A DNA stretch of 15,362 nucleotides from Candidatus Micrarchaeota archaeon (GTDB taxonomy: Archaea; Micrarchaeota; Micrarchaeia; Anstonellales; Anstonellaceae), in assembly GCA_043810635.1 (NCBI GenBank), contig JBDRNY010000004.1:1-15362 (forward strand), in the 5' to 3' direction. The notes beneath the pieces are model-generated. The model saw only the letters and a program-made list of their open reading frames with translations. It had not been told where the DNA came from and did no database searches. The first letter of the stretch is position 1. Every line of letters starts with the position of its first letter. A program made the translations under genes and the position numbers. Below, piece by piece: positions 14,371 through 15,362 of this stretch.

Positions 14371-15279
14371 ATGAAATTCGGCAACCCAATAATCGCAATA
14401 ACTTTGATGTTTGCCCTCACCCAGTTGCTCGGGTTTGTTGCAGGAATTTTGCTGATGCATTCAGCAGCAACAGACCCTGATGTGCGCATGGTAAGCATTT
14501 CCCCTGTAAAAGATTCAAATGATTTGATGAATGCAGTATTGCTTATCCTCTATGTAATATTTGGCGCAGGAATTATGCTTTTTATAATAAAATATTTCCG
14601 CACCCGCATTTTCATAAAATTAATGGAATTGGCAGTAGTAGGCGGGGCAGTATCGGTATTTGCATTCTCTTTTATCCACACATTCTCCTCCTTTTCCTTC
14701 CTCGTTTCAATGTTTATATCAATTTTAATAGGGGGATGCTTTGCAATAATAAAATTTTTCCAGCCTTCATTGAAAAATATTGCCGCAATACTTTCTTCTG
14801 CAGGAGTTGCGGCATTATTCGGATTTTCCGTAGGATTTTGGCCAGCACTTTTATTCATAATTGCGCTTTCAATTTACGACTATATTGCAGTATTCAAAAC
14901 AAAGCACATGCTTGTATTGGCAAAAGGGCTTGGCACATCTGACATGTCTTTTACAATTACTGCAAAAGAAAAAAAAATTAAGGCTGAAAAGCCCTCCATT
15001 GCCGCACCCGGAGAAATTAAAGAGAGGGGGGAAAAAGATGTTTCCCGCCTGGATTTGGGAAGCGGGGATTTGGCAATACCCGCAATGCTTGCAGTGTCCA
15101 CCTTTCCTGTTGCAGGCATTATAGGTTCATTGGCAGTAATAGCAGGTTCAATAATTTCAATCTACTTAACATTAGGGTTTGTAATAAGAAGGCAGGTGGT
15201 ATTGCCCGCACTTCCTCCAATCTGCCTTGGCTCGCTTATTGCACTGCTTTTGTCCCAATTAATTCAATCCCTTCTCTAA
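14371..15279 (+). CDS. Presenilin/signal-peptide-peptidase-like intramembrane aspartyl protease (A22-type) (302 aa)
   Basis: Multiple hydrophobic segments. Catalytic YD (SIYDYIAV), GxGD (LGSGD) and PALP motifs. Start is ATG 14371. Confidence 0.92.
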   Translation: MKFGNPIIAITLMFALTQLLGFVAGILLMHSAATDPDVRMVSISPVKDSNDLMNAVLLILYVIFGAGIMLFIIKYFRTRIFIKLMELAVVGGAVSVFAFSFIHTFSSFSFLVSMFISILIGGCFAIIKFFQPSLKNIAAILSSAGVAALFGFSVGFWPALLFIIALSIYDYIAVFKTKHMLVLAKGLGTSDMSFTITAKEKKIKAEKPSIAAPGEIKERGEKDVSRLDLGSGDLAIPAMLAVSTFPVAGIIGSLAVIAGSIISIYLTLGFVIRRQVVLPALPPICLGSLIALLLSQLIQSLL

Positions 15280-15314
15280 TTCTCTTAAATTCCAAAAATT
15301 TCCATACCAAAACC

Positions 15315-15344
15315 CTTAAATAGGTTATGCATTATAATGCATAA
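15315..15344 (+). promoter_or_regulatory. TATA box followed by a perfect 20-bp palindromic operator
   Basis: CTTAAATA at 15315-15322. TTATGCATTATAATGCATAA (15325-15344) is its own reverse complement and ends 1 nt before ATG 15346. Confidence 0.75.
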
Positions 15345-15345
15345 T

Positions 15346-15362
15346 ATGGCAAGGCCAGATAA
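15346..15362 (+). CDS. Probable 5' end of the next gene (MARPD..., partial)
   Basis: ATG lies 24-31 nt downstream of the TATA-like element, the same spacing as other genes here. Only 5 full codons are visible. Confidence 0.45.

Noticed and set aside
14233..14460. Extended N-termini making pduO (14460) and the protease (14233) overlap head-to-head
   Set aside because: Family motifs begin after ATG 14319 and ATG 14371, which leave a clean 51-bp gap with a centred TATA box.
224..15124. Many short antisense or alternative-frame ORFs in the supplied track (e.g. 5222..5779, 8812..9306, 11041..11430, 11418..11810, 6024..6332)
   Set aside because: They overlap well-supported genes, lack recognisable motifs, and have the composition of shadow ORFs.

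Overview
Archaeal genomic DNA, judged from TATA boxes 22-31 nt upstream of many start codons, GGTGA-type RBSs, tandem purP-family genes and a presenilin-like protease. The gene mix and compactness suggest a DPANN/Micrarchaeota-like genome, which is inference only. The left ~6.8 kb is an accessory region. It holds an array of uncharacterised Cys-rich (CxxCxxC-periodic) paralogues that fall into two subfamilies and alternate strictly: B(partial)-A-B-A-[RHH+PIN toxin-antitoxin]-collapsed B/A remnant-natural B::A fusion. A 73-bp direct repeat brackets a 2372-bp unit of this array. After it come an AAA+/DUF4143-type ATPase and a second RHH antitoxin whose RelE-like toxin is truncated. The right part is mostly housekeeping or unknown: a HerA/VirB4-like ATPase, two purP-family ligases, a hypothetical protein, a kbl-like PLP enzyme, a frameshifted DUF2797-like gene with a candidate -1 slippery site and hairpin, a small unannotated ORF, a PduO-type adenosyltransferase and a presenilin-like protease. 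Several palindromic operators and one ORB-like motif are also visible. No database searches were run; all family calls rest on recalled motifs.
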